A stretch of DNA of 63,147 nucleotides, counting the filler, from Aduncisulcus paluster (taxonomy: Eukaryota), in assembly GCA_024181965.1 (NCBI GenBank). It is 31 parts of 31 records of this genome, joined end to end, with 100 filler letters (N's around TTAATTAATTAA, not from the genome) between each part and the next. Parts side by side here need not be neighbours in the genome. Positions count along the whole stretch, not along the records: positions 35,662 to 37,934 come from BQXS01005175.1; positions 38,035 to 39,755 come from BQXS01005191.1; positions 39,856 to 40,864 come from BQXS01005198.1; positions 40,965 to 43,212 come from BQXS01005230.1; positions 43,313 to 44,473 come from BQXS01005273.1; positions 44,574 to 45,584 come from BQXS01005348.1; positions 45,685 to 46,941 come from BQXS01005409.1; 24 more parts are not named here. One strand, 5' to 3'. This document shows, piece after piece, positions 35,763-47,041 of the stretch. Within the stretch, counting starts at the first letter, position 1; every line of letters starts with the position of its first letter. The position numbers and the translations under genes were made by a program. The notes below the pieces were generated by a model. The model ran no database searches, had not been told where the DNA came from, and saw only the letters and a program-made list of their open reading frames with translations.

Positions 35763-37592
35763 TTATTTGTGTTGAAATATAAGTTCACTAACACTATTAC
35801 TAGCTAACTCATTTTCTATAATAATATGTTGTATACCTAAATTTACTAGCTCTTCTTTTTGATCACTTGTATGTATTTTTGCAATAATTTTATGAATAGA
35901 TACATATTTTTTTAATGTTTCACATACCCCATACAGTTTTTTTGGATTATCAATAGCAACAATGATGTATTGGGCTTGAGCTATATTGACACTTTTCAAA
36001 ATCTCTTTGTTTGTAGCATTTCCAAATACTATAGGTTCATCAATAGCTTTTGCACGGTGGTATATTTCGATGTTGTTTTCAATCGAGATATAAAGTTGCC
36101 CATTGTCTTTTAATGTATGTGCTATATTTCGTCCAAATTCTCCAAAACCTAAAATAACTGTATGCCCTTCAATGGGAGAAGAGTTTACATCTAAAGGCTC
36201 TTCATTATTATTTTTTGTAAAAAAATCTACNNNNNNNNNNNNNNNNNNNNNNNNNNNNNNNNNNNNNNNNNNNNNNNNNNNNNNNNNNNNNNNNNNNNNN
36301 NNNNNNNNNNNNNNNNNNNNNNNNNNNNNNNNNNNNNNNNNNNNNNNNNNNNNNNNNNNNNNNNNNNNNNNNNNNNNNNNNNNNNNNNNNNNNNNNNNNN
36401 NNNNNNNNNNNNNNNNNNNNTAAAATAATAGGGGTAATTATCATCGAAAATACAATCGTTACAATCATCACCTGACCATACGGAGGACCAATCAATGAGT
36501 TTGAACGAGCAAGCTCTAAAAGTGCAAGTGAAAATTCTCCAACTTGAACTAAACTTAACGCTGTTTTGATAGAGATTCTCTTACTCTCATTAACTCTAAC
36601 AATTGAAAAAANNNNNNNNNNNNNNNNNNNNNNNNNNNNNNNNNNNNNNNNNNNNNNNNNNNNNNNNNNNNNNNNNNNNNNNNNNNNNNNNNNNNNNNNN
36701 NNNNNNNNNNNNNNNNNNNNNNNNNNNNNNNNNNNNNNNNNNNNNNNNNNNNNNNNNNNNNNNNNNNNNNNNNNNNNNNNNNNNNNNNNNNNNNNNNNNN
36801 NNNNNNNNNNNNNNNNNNNNNNNNNNNNNNNNNNNNNNNNNNNNNNNNACCAGCTATAAATGCACCTAGTGAGAAAGAAAATCCTAAAGCATGTGCTAAA
36901 TAAGAAGCTCCAATTGCTAAAAAAAGGATAGTTCCTACAAAAAGTTCATCTGAATTAGTTTTTACAATTTGATCAAAAAATGGTTCTAAAAGGTATTTTC
37001 CAATTACCCAAAGTAATGCGAGTAAAACTACTGCACTTATAGCCATTCTTATTATTAACTCTGATACTTCACTATTGTCATTACTTAAAAAACCAATAAC
37101 CAATAAAATAGGAATAACTGCAATATCTTGCATAATCAAAATTCCTAAACTTCTTTGGCCATATCTTTTATTTATTTCGCCTGTTTCATTAAATGTTTTT
37201 AAAACAATAGCTGTAGAAGATAACGCAATAGCTAAAGAGATAATAAATGAAACTTGCTGTTCAATGTCAAATATGTAATAAGCCATAAGATATACAATAG
37301 CTGCCGTAATAACAATTTGTAAAGTTCCTGTTACAAATACTTCATTTTTCATTCTTTTGAGATGTTCAATAGAAAATTCAAGACCAATTGTAAACATTAA
37401 AAAAACAACACCAAACTCTGCAATCTCTTGTAAAGTATGGTTATTAACAGCACTATGCAATCCAAATGTATAGGCGATAATTGTTCCTGTAATTATATAA
37501 CCTATAATGGTAGGAAGATGAATCTTTTTTAAAATAACATTAAGCACTAGTGAAATGAAAAGGGTAAAAACTATAATTGCTAATAAATCCAT
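35763..37592 (-). CDS. CPA2 cation:proton antiporter with TrkA-N domain (KefB/KefC-like), spans gaps
   Basis: AEFGVVFLMFTIGLE, LSSTAIV, ILIMQDI, LGAFIAG, QVGEFS and the cytosolic ILGFGEFG. Confidence 0.9.
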
Positions 37593-37934
37593 TATATATT
37601 CTCACTTTTTTCTTTTGGTATTTTTAATATAAATAAGACACCTATAGTACCTGCAATAAATGAGGCTACAAAAATTCCTAGTTTTACAGCATCTATCATA
37701 GCTGCATCCAAGAATGCTAGTTGTGTTATAAAAATTGACATAGTAAATCCAATACCACCTAAAAAACCTACAGCAATGATCTCAGCCCAACTTAAATTGT
37801 CGGGTTTTTTTACTATGTTAAGCTTTGTTGCAAGATATGTAAATCCAAAAATACCTATAGGCTTTCCTATGATTAATCCAAGTACAACACCTAAAACTAT
37901 CATCAAATGTTCAGAAACAGCGCCAAAGTTTAAA
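37592..37934 (-). CDS. nhaA: Na+/H+ antiporter NhaA C-terminus
   Basis: GLIIGKPIGI, LGGIGFTMSIFI and AVKLGI. Confidence 0.93.
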
Positions 37935-38034
37935 NNNNNNNNNNNNNNNNNNNNNNNNNNNNNNNNNNNNNNNNNNNNTTAATTAATTAANNNNNNNNNN
38001 NNNNNNNNNNNNNNNNNNNNNNNNNNNNNNNNNN

Positions 38035-38259
38035 GATGTATTACCATTTTCCCTAATTTATGGGAAGAGTCATACTATTTTAAAACTCAATCAAATTGGA
38101 TTTGAAAGAAACTATAGAGATTCAGGATCGTTTGAAGAGTTAGAAATAATTTATCAAAATTTATCAAATAAAAATAAATCTAACGATTATTATGGAACTA
38201 CTGACTTAGGATTAATATTAAAAGATTTTATATCTAAATCTTCTACTTTTTATGTATAA
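38035..38259 (+). CDS. C-terminal fragment of an unknown protein
   Basis: Open frame from the scaffold edge to TAA at 38259, convergent with the Maf gene. Confidence 0.45.
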   Translation, partial: DVLPFSLIYGKSHTILKLNQIGFERNYRDSGSFEELEIIYQNLSNKNKSNDYYGTTDLGLILKDFISKSSTFYV

Positions 38260-38357
38260 AAAAGTTGAAATATTATTATACACAAACAGTTTAATTAGAG
38301 TGTGTATTCTTAAAAAACTAGTTTTGAAAATATTTAATAAATAAAAAATATAATAAA

Positions 38358-39755
38358 CTACTTACTAACAGAATCCTTCATATCTTTAAATACAGAGATA
38401 ACACCTTTTGCCCAATAGTTACTAAGCTGTTCAAGATTTTCTTTGGTATATAAATCTTTTTGTTTTAAATTTAATGCAAAATTTATAAAGGCATCTACTA
38501 TTGCGGTATATTGTAGAAAAATACCCCCAAATGTATCTATGGATAACTCTTTAGATTTTTCAAGAATCCATATCATCATATCAAGTTTCTTGGTTAAAAA
38601 ATCGTCTCTTGATGATATTTTTAGTTTTTGGAACTNNNNNNNNNNNNNNNNNNNNNNNNNNNNNNNNNNNNNNNNNNNNNNNNNNNNNNNNNNNNNNNNN
38701 NNNNNNNNNNNNNNNNNNNNNNNNNNNNNNNNNNNNNNNNNNNNNNNNNNNNNNNNNNNNNNNNNNNNNNNNNNNNNNNNNNNNNNNNNNNNNNNNNNNN
38801 NNNNNNNNNNNNNNNNNNNNNNNNNNNNNNNNNNNNNNNNATCTACTACTTTAGAGATACTATTAAAACTCTTTATGATATCAACTTTCATAGATTCATT
38901 TGATGTAGCAATACTAACAAATTTATCTTCTTTCATAGGTTCTAGTCCTTCTATAAGAACTCCATCAGACAGATTATATGCATTATATTTAAAACTTTTT
39001 TCTAATGCAGCTATACTATTATCAAAATGGTATTTAAAATCTATCAAAGAAAGATTTGTTTTTACAGTTTTTCTTAAATTACCTTTAACTTCTATTATAT
39101 CTTCTCTTGAAATTAAATTATTATCAATTTTTTTAACATCTAAGTCTTCTTTTTGTATATATGAACTATCTGAACTATATCTTGAACCTGTTTCTTGATT
39201 AAAAGCAGCATCATTTCCTATGAGATATAACTCTTTTGCTCCGAAATGTATCATTGTTTGAAATGTAAAAGTACCAACATTTGGAACAGTTCCTAAGTAT
39301 CCTATCTCTTCAATTATTCGTGAAAATTGACTAAAATAATAGTGAAGTTTTCTTTCTCTTAACAGTTTCATCACATCTGGGTGTTGTTGTGACATGAGCA
39401 CTATCGCACTATTTTTGAGATACTCAGGATCCTCCGTTTTAAGATATCCAGCACATAATTCTGAGGGATCTATTGAGAAAACAATATCAGGAGTAATGTT
39501 ATGTTTTTCTAATTTTCTTAAAATTACATCAACACTAGCAATGATAAACTTATCTTGATGTTTTTTTATAAGTTCAATATAGTTATCAAGCGATGGTCCA
39601 GCACTGATCAAAAGAACTTTTTTGTTTTTGAAAATATTCTGCTTTTTAATATCATCCACAACTAAAAATCTATCTTTATTTCTTATAAAAGAAACTGTTC
39701 TTTTAACATTTTGTATCACCAAATTGTAAGGAAAAGAAAAGGAAACATTTGTACG
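38358..39755 (-). CDS. Motility-associated factor (Maf/DUF115 flagellin glycosyltransferase family), 5'-partial
   Basis: LISAGPSLD, PDIVFSID, YLIGNDAAF and IEVKGN. Confidence 0.88.
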   Translation of the reverse strand, partial: RTNVSFSFPYNLVIQNVKRTVSFIRNKDRFLVVDDIKKQNIFKNKKVLLISAGPSLDNYIELIKKHQDKFIIASVDVILRKLEKHNITPDIVFSIDPSELCAGYLKTEDPEYLKNSAIVLMSQQHPDVMKLLRERKLHYYFSQFSRIIEEIGYLGTVPNVGTFTFQTMIHFGAKELYLIGNDAAFNQETGSRYSSDSSYIQKEDLDVKKIDNNLISREDIIEVKGNLRKTVKTNLSLIDFKYHFDNSIAALEKSFKYNAYNLSDGVLIEGLEPMKEDKFVSIATSNESMKVDIIKSFNSISKVVDXXXXXXXXXXXXXXXXXXXXXXXXXXXXXXXXXXXXXXXXXXXXXXXXXXXXXXXXXXXXXXXXXXXXXFQKLKISSRDDFLTKKLDMMIWILEKSKELSIDTFGGIFLQYTAIVDAFINFALNLKQKDLYTKENLEQLSNYWAKGVISVFKDMKDSVSK

Positions 39756-39855
39756 NNNNNNNNNNNNNNNNNNNNNNNNNNNNNNNNNNNNNNNNNNNNT
39801 TAATTAATTAANNNNNNNNNNNNNNNNNNNNNNNNNNNNNNNNNNNNNNNNNNNN

Positions 39856-40864
39856 AAGCTTCAACGTGGTGAAAAAGTGGTGGTTTTATCGAACGATGAA
39901 GCAGATGCTCAGATATTGGAATGGAGACCTGCTCATGTGAAAGCTCGTTCGACTCCCTTGAAAGGAAAACACCCTGAGATCGTGGTACGTGACTCAGTGG
40001 TACACCCGAAGCCTGGTGAAAACTTAAAGCCGAAAGTGGTGATGTATTTGGGTGCTGGTGAACATTTGGTGGAACCTGGTGGTCATAATTCAAGAGAGAA
40101 ATGGATTGAGAAAATCAGAAAGAGTCAGAAGGAACATCTTGCCAGTTCTGTGTGGACTGACAAGCCTGATGATTTTATTTTTGAGGTTGATGACAAGGTT
40201 TTGGTGCCTGAAGTCGACAAGAAATTGGTGACGGAGATCATGAGTGCGGTTCATGATGATCCTTTGGCTGGTCATGTTGGTATTTCAAAAATGGTGAAGA
40301 GTATTAAAGATAGTGGTATTTATATCTGTAATGCTCAAAGACATGCGAAAGAACATGTGGATAAATGTCTGGTATGTCAACGGTTGAGAGCTAGATTATT
40401 GGTGAGACGAATGATGAAGAGTACTGCGGTGGATCATCCATTCGATACTGTGGCTGTGGATACTGTTGGTCCTATCATGGCGAGTAACTCTGGAAACAGA
40501 TATTTGGTGGTTATGGTGGATATGTTTACTCGTTGGACTGAAATAGTTGCTACGGAAAACAAATCAGCTGAGGTAACAACTCAAGCTCTCATTGATGGTG
40601 TGTTTGGTCGGTTTGGATTGCCGAGAGTGATTCAAAGTGATCGTGGTGGTGAATATGTAAATGGTATCGTGCGTGAATTGTACACACGACTGGGAAGATC
40701 ACAGCATAAAGTATTAGCTGCACGCCCAACGGCGAATGGTATGGTGGAAAGAGCTAATCAAGAGGTTATTAGACATATTCGGATTGCAATTTCAATGCTT
40801 GGTTTCAAAGAAGATTGGGAACGTGCGATTCCCATGGCTCAATATGTTATCAACACAACGGTGA
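39856..40864 (+). mobile_element. Ty3/gypsy LTR-retrotransposon pol fragment (integrase)
   Basis: HHCC finger HDDPLAGHVG...CLVCQ; DDE core AVDTVGP, SDRGGEY, ANGMVER. Confidence 0.92.
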
Positions 40865-40964
40865 NNNNNNNNNNNNNNNNNNNNNNNNNNNNNNNNNNNN
40901 NNNNNNNNTTAATTAATTAANNNNNNNNNNNNNNNNNNNNNNNNNNNNNNNNNNNNNNNNNNNN

Positions 40965-41146
40965 CTCATGGCGGCGATAGCGGAGGCGCCGTCTACAACG
41001 GCACCGGAGCACTCGGAATCGAGATCACCGGCGATCCGGACCACAACGAACCTGGAACCACTGGGGCGTGCAGAAGCTCATTTATTCCGATCGCGTACGT
41101 ACTCCGATTCCTACGGCGGTTCGAACCCTCGCTGGTCATCTACTGA
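40965..41146 (+). CDS. Trypsin-like (S1) serine protease C-terminus, absent from the ORF track
   Basis: The frame from 40967 reads HGGDSGGAVYNGTGALGI...SFIPIAYVL...*, with the catalytic GDSGG motif. Confidence 0.75.
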
Positions 41147-41427
41147 TCTGCGGCGACGACCACCCATGAGGATTGGGACACGCCGCCCTCGCCGCAATCC
41201 CCCGCTTGACCTGCGCGTATGACCCCCGGGTGTTCAGCCGGCGCGCAGTATGGCAACTGCGCGCCGCGGAAGTAGAGGTAGAGGCGTAGTGACACGCCGG
41301 AGTCGCATCGTTTGCCGGTTGAACTAGTACGGCACGCCGATACGCATTCGGGCAAATCGTGCTGAAATCCCGGCGGCAAGCCATATCCTCGGTTGATCAA
41401 AAACCATAGGGGGTAAAGCATAGGAGG

Positions 41428-41850
41428 ATGGTCCATGTCGGGTGGGGAGCTAGAACCAGGTCATACAGAGCTTCCNNNNNNNNNNNNNNNNNNNNGTACC
41501 AAAAGTGGACGGTAATCAAGGCCGCAGTTATCGGCTTCTTTGTCGTTGCGGGAATCGGCGCGCTTTATCCGATCACTGTCGTGTTAGCTGGAAAGACGAC
41601 GAACGTTGATGTCAACTTCGCGCTATCACTGACTTTCACCTTGGCAATCAGCCAGACTGGTACGTTCCTATGGGGCCGCCAGCGAAGCAAGGCAGCAAAG
41701 GACGCTCGGGACCGTATCGCAAAGCTGGAGGCCGAGCTCAGTAAGGCTAAAGCGACCAATGAAGTGCTGCAGGAACGTGCCGAGGGACTAGCAGACGACC
41801 TCAACGCGTTGCGTGGAGACAGGGATGGTAAGCACCGCGGCAAAAGATGA
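41428..41850 (+). CDS. Hypothetical two-TM plus coiled-coil protein (start uncertain, gap)
   Basis: Two hydrophobic segments, then RIAKLEAELSKAKATNEVLQERAEGL; AGGAGG upstream. Confidence 0.7.
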   Translation: MVHVGWGARTRSYRASXXXXXXXYQKWTVIKAAVIGFFVVAGIGALYPITVVLAGKTTNVDVNFALSLTFTLAISQTGTFLWGRQRSKAAKDARDRIAKLEAELSKAKATNEVLQERAEGLADDLNALRGDRDGKHRGKR

Positions 41851-41892
41851 CATGGTTGTTATTCGCTAATAGCTCAACTATTTATCAGAAAA

Positions 41893-42540
41893 GTGGCGCA
41901 TAATACGGTCATGAGTGGGGATGGGATGTGGATGAATCTTGTCAGTCTGGCAAGCTACCTGCTTCCTTTGGGATCGATATGGGCAGGGGTGCTCTGGATT
42001 GGGCCAGCGGTCGCGCGCGCACACGTGAACCGCGAAGCGTTGCTGATTCGTGATCGTCTAATTGATGGTTTTCTGTCTGGCGACATCGACCCGACGAACC
42101 CCCGGGCTCTGGATGTCGTCAAGTTCTGCGAGTTCGTGGCCAGTCGTCCCGATCTCATCAAGATGTCCAGGATTCAGGCCGTTGAGCGGGCGATGAAGAA
42201 GGCTGGCATCGACGTCGAGAACGAGGCGAAGGCGTCCTTCGAGGCCGTTCGCCGTCAATCAAACAGTCTGGCGACAGAGGGCGGGCTCCGCAGGATCGAG
42301 GAATGTGAGCGAGAGGTGGACCGTTTGCTCGCCAACTACCTGGTGCGCAACACCGCCGCATGGCCGCTGTTGGTCCCCGCGCGATGGATCACGCGCCATC
42401 TGCCCGAACTACAGCGTCGGATACCCGATGATCAGCGTCCGGGCGTAGCGGCTGCTGAGCTACGTGCAGTTTCCCGTGGCCGCAGCGTGCCGCCAGATGC
42501 GTGGATCGGACCGTCAGCCCAGCGTCGGATATTCGCCTAA
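41893..42540 (+). CDS. Hypothetical membrane-anchored helical protein
   Basis: 215-aa ORF with an N-terminal TM, co-oriented with its neighbours. Confidence 0.75.
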   Translation: MAHNTVMSGDGMWMNLVSLASYLLPLGSIWAGVLWIGPAVARAHVNREALLIRDRLIDGFLSGDIDPTNPRALDVVKFCEFVASRPDLIKMSRIQAVERAMKKAGIDVENEAKASFEAVRRQSNSLATEGGLRRIEECEREVDRLLANYLVRNTAAWPLLVPARWITRHLPELQRRIPDDQRPGVAAAELRAVSRGRSVPPDAWIGPSAQRRIFA

Positions 42541-42575
42541 CTGTGTTTGTCGGAGCGCGGTAGTACAACTGGCAG

Positions 42576-42863
42576 ATGGCACGGCCGCCGCGCGATCGGT
42601 TCCCCAACGCGTACGTCGGCGACCTCGTGCCCAACGGCAAGGGCTGGACCGTCGTCAGCCCGCTCTACTGCCCGAACTGGCACAGCATCGACGAACCCGG
42701 GTGGACGCAGCGTTGCCGGCCGTGCGCATGCGACGGCAAGCACCACATGCGAACGTGCCACTGTGGGGCGACCATCTACGCACCCAAGCTCGGGGCCGGC
42801 TGCGAGATTCTGAGCGGACCCGGGTCCGGGCGTGAAGAGTCACGGCGTGACAGCGGGACTTAG
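42576..42863 (+). CDS. Small Cys/His zinc-binding protein, phage/prophage-like
   Basis: CPNWH...CRPCAC..HH..CHCG. Confidence 0.7.
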   Translation: MARPPRDRFPNAYVGDLVPNGKGWTVVSPLYCPNWHSIDEPGWTQRCRPCACDGKHHMRTCHCGATIYAPKLGAGCEILSGPGSGREESRRDSGT

Positions 42864-42952
42864 GCGCGACCAGGCCAAGGCGCGCGTACAAACCTCAAGT
42901 AAGTGGATCATCCGGCCCCCCATACCCGGCGCTAGCTCTAAGCTCTCGGTGC

Positions 42953-43212
42953 ATGAGCGAAGCGACTAGGGACGAGCTAGCCAGACGACAAGCGGCAGAA
43001 GAGCAACAACGCGCGGTGGTAGCGGCCTTGAAACGCGACTGCTTGGCGTCGGTCGCGGACGCGCTTCCGGGCAAGCTCGATGAGTACGCAAAAAGTGTCG
43101 TGCTCAAACGGCCAGAGGTTGCACAGCAACTTGGTTCAGACGGTATCGGCGCACTGCGGAAAGAGCTCGCCGCCGCGGGCAACGAGCTCGCAGAGGAGAT
43201 ACGTGGGGCCGC
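42953..43212 (+). CDS. Hypothetical helical protein, 3'-partial
   Basis: ATG-initiated ORF open to the scaffold end. Confidence 0.6.
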
Positions 43213-43324
43213 NNNNNNNNNNNNNNNNNNNNNNNNNNNNNNNNNNNNNNNNNNNNTTAATTAATTAANNNNNNNNNNNNNNNNNNNNNNNNNNNNNNNN
43301 NNNNNNNNNNNNGAAAGGATTACA

Positions 43325-44387
43325 ATGGCTGTAAAAGTTGCGATTAATGGATTAGGTAGAATAGGTAGATGTGTTGCAAAGATAGTTGCTACACGAGATG
43401 ATGTTGAGTTAGTAGCTGTAAATGCTAGTGGAGCAGAAGATATGATTCAGTATAACCTTAGATACGATACAGTTCATGGGAATAGACACGATATTAAAGT
43501 TGAAAATGGATATATCTGCATTGGAAATGATAAAGCGAAACTATTTAGTGAACGAGATCCATCAAATTTAGATTTTGCTTCTTTAGGTGTTGATGTTGTC
43601 TTAGAATGTACAGGAGCATTTTTAACACAAGAATCAGTACAAGGATATCTTGATAATGGTATCAAAAAAGTAGTATTTTCAGCACCAGCTAAAGATGATA
43701 CTGCAACATTTGTTATGGGTGTAAATGAAAACACTTATTCTGGACAATCAATAGTTTCAAATGCTTCATGTACTACAAATGGTTTAGCTCNNNNNNNNNN
43801 NNNNNNNNNNNNNNNNNNNNGTTTCAAATGCTTCATGTACTACAAATGGTTTAGCTCCTATGGCAAAAGTACTTGATGATGCTTTTGGAATTGAAAAAGG
43901 TTTGATGACAACTATTCATTCATACACAAGTTCACAACCAATCCTAGATGCAAAAGATAAAAAAGATCCAAGAAAAGGAAGAGCTGGAGCTACAAATTTG
44001 ATTCCTGCTTCAACAGGTGCTGCTAAAGCTATTGCAAAAGTTATGCCACATTTAAATGGAAAACTAAACGGTCAAGCAATTAGAGTTCCAACTCCAAATG
44101 TATCTGTAGTTGATTTAACAGTTACATTAAAAAATGATACAACATTAGAAGAGGTACAAAAAGCTTTTACAGAAGCTTCACTTGGAAACCTTAAAGGTAT
44201 TTTAGGTGTAGATACAGAGGGAAGAGTGAGTTCAGACTTTATAGGGGAAACACTTTCAACTGTTGTGCCTTTGGATACAATCCAATTGATTGATAAAAAT
44301 ATGGTAAAAGTCCTTTCTTGGTATGACAATGAGTGGGGATATTCAACAAGACTTGTAGATATGGGTCTACATATAGCAAAAAATTAA
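43325..44387 (+). CDS. gapA: Glyceraldehyde-3-phosphate dehydrogenase (split by a gap with duplicated flanks)
   Basis: INGLGRIGR, SNASCTTNGLAP, RVPTPNVS and WYDNEWGYS. Confidence 0.97.
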
Positions 44388-44394
44388 GGGCTGT

Positions 44395-44473
44395 ATGATG
44401 ATTATTCAAGAGATAAATAAGATAGATATAGCAAATAAAAAAGTTTTTATACGATGTGACTTTAATGTACCTG
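44395..44473 (+). CDS. pgk: Phosphoglycerate kinase N-terminus
   Basis: KKVFIRCDFNVP immediately after gapA. Confidence 0.9.
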
Positions 44474-44573
44474 NNNNNNNNNNNNNNNNNNNNNNNNNNN
44501 NNNNNNNNNNNNNNNNNTTAATTAATTAANNNNNNNNNNNNNNNNNNNNNNNNNNNNNNNNNNNNNNNNNNNN

Positions 44574-45584
44574 TCGGGGGAAGATCATCAAGCATTCTTG
44601 CTTGAGTAGGAGCTTCTTTTTGCGGTCCAGTCAACTTGCATGTTAATTTAACGAATTTTCTAACCATAGGAAACTTAAGTAAAACAAAATCGCGTAATAA
44701 TATGCTAATTAAGTGGGATGTACAATGGGTAATGATACATCCATATCCCTGGTCAACTAAACCCTTACAAATAGACACCATAGCCGGTTCTCTATCCGAA
44801 ATAATAGATATTATGTCCTTCTTTTTGATTTTTGTGCTTTTGAGCTTGTCTTGTAAGATTGCTAAAATATCCGGAATCTGAGGGATAAAACAGTTAAGCT
44901 CAATGGAGCGGTTAATAAAACGTTGATTTTCACTTAAATAACTTTTAGCTTTTGTTATTTGACTCTGTTCTACTGGGTGGATTTCACCCCTTCCTTCCGG
45001 TTCAAACCGGACTCGAATCTGTCTGTCATGACATGATTCTATTTTATCACGAACGATACGACCCAGATCAACATAGTCAAATGCATAGCTTAAGTTATTA
45101 AAAAAAAAACATAATGAAAAGTAAATGTTTGCTCCCCGCTTTGAATTTGTCAAGAATAATAGAAATTGGTGGTTCTACCAATTTTAGCAAATTTATAGGT
45201 TCAGCCTGCAGTAAAATTTTCTTACCTCGTTCGTATGCTGTTGAACGAGATATTAAAAATGGTTTTCCAACAGCCTGAATGGCTCCAGTTGATTCTTCAT
45301 CAAATAAGTCGCTGATATGATTTAATGACATAGAATACTTTAACATTTTCCCAACAATAATCTCTTCAGCATGTCTCCGTTTACCTTGAAATGAATGTAA
45401 ACTTAATTGATGCTTGAATAAGTGAAAATGCTTAACTGATGAGATATGTGATGCAACTGAGCGAAAATTATAAAACAAAGGGTTAGATTTACAAATTTTA
45501 CAAATTATTTTTCTATTTTGATCAATAATAAATGAATTTTTGATATGATTATGGATTTGCTGAATTGAGGGAGTTGGGTGAAGA
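44574..45584 (-). mobile_element. hAT-like DNA transposase fragment (eukaryotic), frameshift at a homopolymer near 45100
   Basis: Zinc finger CKIC...HISSVKH, then SIILD, IISDREPAM and HCTSHLISILLRDF (hAT CxxH). Confidence 0.7.
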
Positions 45585-45684
45585 NNNNNNNNNNNNNNNN
45601 NNNNNNNNNNNNNNNNNNNNNNNNNNNNTTAATTAATTAANNNNNNNNNNNNNNNNNNNNNNNNNNNNNNNNNNNNNNNNNNNN

Positions 45685-45802
45685 TCCCAAATATGAAAGA
45701 GCTGTAAAAACACGTTTGAGTGCATTGACCTCAAGCGAGAAAAAAGAGCTGCTAAAGTTAGCGGACAAGCTGGGACGCAGTTTGACTGAGCATAACGATT
45801 AA
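45685..45802 (+). CDS. C-terminus of a probable MarR-type regulator
   Basis: LSALTSSEKKELLKLADKL; only a short fragment. Confidence 0.45.
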
Positions 45803-45810
45803 TATCAATT

Positions 45811-45842
45811 GACCGATTGGAGAAAGCTTCAATCGGTTCTTT
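45811..45842 (+). terminator. Intrinsic terminator-like hairpin
   Basis: GACCGATTG/CAATCGGTT stem 8 nt after the stop codon, followed by CTTT. Confidence 0.65.
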
Positions 45843-46139
45843 GCTTGATGCGGTCTCTTGAAATTGACCGTAAAATCCCTTAAAATCATGGATAACTGGA
45901 TTTTGCCATAAATCCTATGGAACATGTTTACAATCCGTGAACAATTCGTGAACCTTTATCGTTTTGGAATTGTTTATCAGGGATTGGTGGTAAAATATAA
46001 GAGTAGAGCTTTATTCAAATCGATTGAAACACTGCCCAGCTTTATTGAATGCGTGTAAAGGGCGGATTAAAATAATCAAGGCACAGGAAAGCGGGTGCCA
46101 CTGGCCTTGTGCAGGCCGCGCAAGAAAAGAGGTAGAGAT

Positions 46140-46941
46140 ATGAAACTTTGTTCAAGATGCAATAAAAATATCGCAATGATATATATGAATAAGATGGAAA
46201 ACGNNNNNNNNNNNNNNNNNNNNNNNNNNNNNNNNNNNNNNNNNNNNNNNNNNNNNNNNNNNNNNNNNNNNNNNNNNNNNNNNNNNNNNNNNNNNNNNNN
46301 NNNNNNNNNNNNNNNNNNNNCAAAGAGGTCGGCGTGCCAGGGATTGACAACCTGCTCAAGCAGACTGGCATGGAAGAGGAAGAGCTAAATCACATGATGG
46401 AACACATGAACGATATGTTCGAAGGCATGGACCCTGACTCTATGAATATTTCCGACCTGATGGGCATGATGAACGGCATGGAGGGCCCTGAAGACTTTGG
46501 GTCCGATGAGGCCTACGAAGACTATGACGAGCCATACGACGCCCTTGAAGACCCTTCAAGCGAAGAGGGAAAAACACAGACCGGTGAAGCCGAAGCTGAC
46601 GGGGAAACGAAAAAGAAAAAGAAGAAAAAACGATTTGGCATGAAAAAGCATTTGGACACCTACGGAACGAATTTGACAGATAAGGCAAAAAATGGCGAAA
46701 TCGACCGTATAATCGGCCGTCAGAGGGAAATTGACCGCATGGTTCAAATTCTCAACAGACGTTCGAAAAATAATCCTGTTCTCATTGGTGAGCCAGGTGT
46801 GGGCAAGACGGCTATTGCAGAAGGCCTTGCCTTGAGAATCGCGGAACAGCAGGTTCCTGCCAAGCTTTTCAGCGCAGAAGTATACTTGCTGGATATGACG
46901 GCCATTGTGGCGGGCACACAGTTTAGAGGCCAGTTTGAAGG
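46140..46941 (+). CDS. ClpE/ClpC-type AAA+ ATPase with N-terminal zinc finger, 3'-partial (Clostridia-like)
   Basis: [34 protein letters not shown] and [10 protein letters not shown]. Confidence 0.93.
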
Positions 46942-47041
46942 NNNNNNNNNNNNNNNNNNNNNNNNNNNNNNNNNNNNNNNNNNNNTTAATTAATTAANNN
47001 NNNNNNNNNNNNNNNNNNNNNNNNNNNNNNNNNNNNNNNNN

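Noticed and set aside
41114-41140. GGTTCGAACCC tRNA T-loop-like motif (possible att site)
   Set aside because: The T-stem does not pair, there is no cloverleaf, and it lies inside the S1 protease frame.
43790-43860. Split gapA, and similar splits in the SDR, poxB, lpxD, bioF, istA and the sugar transferase
   Set aside because: The breaks coincide with N-gaps of estimated length, often with duplicated flanks; these are not pseudogenes.
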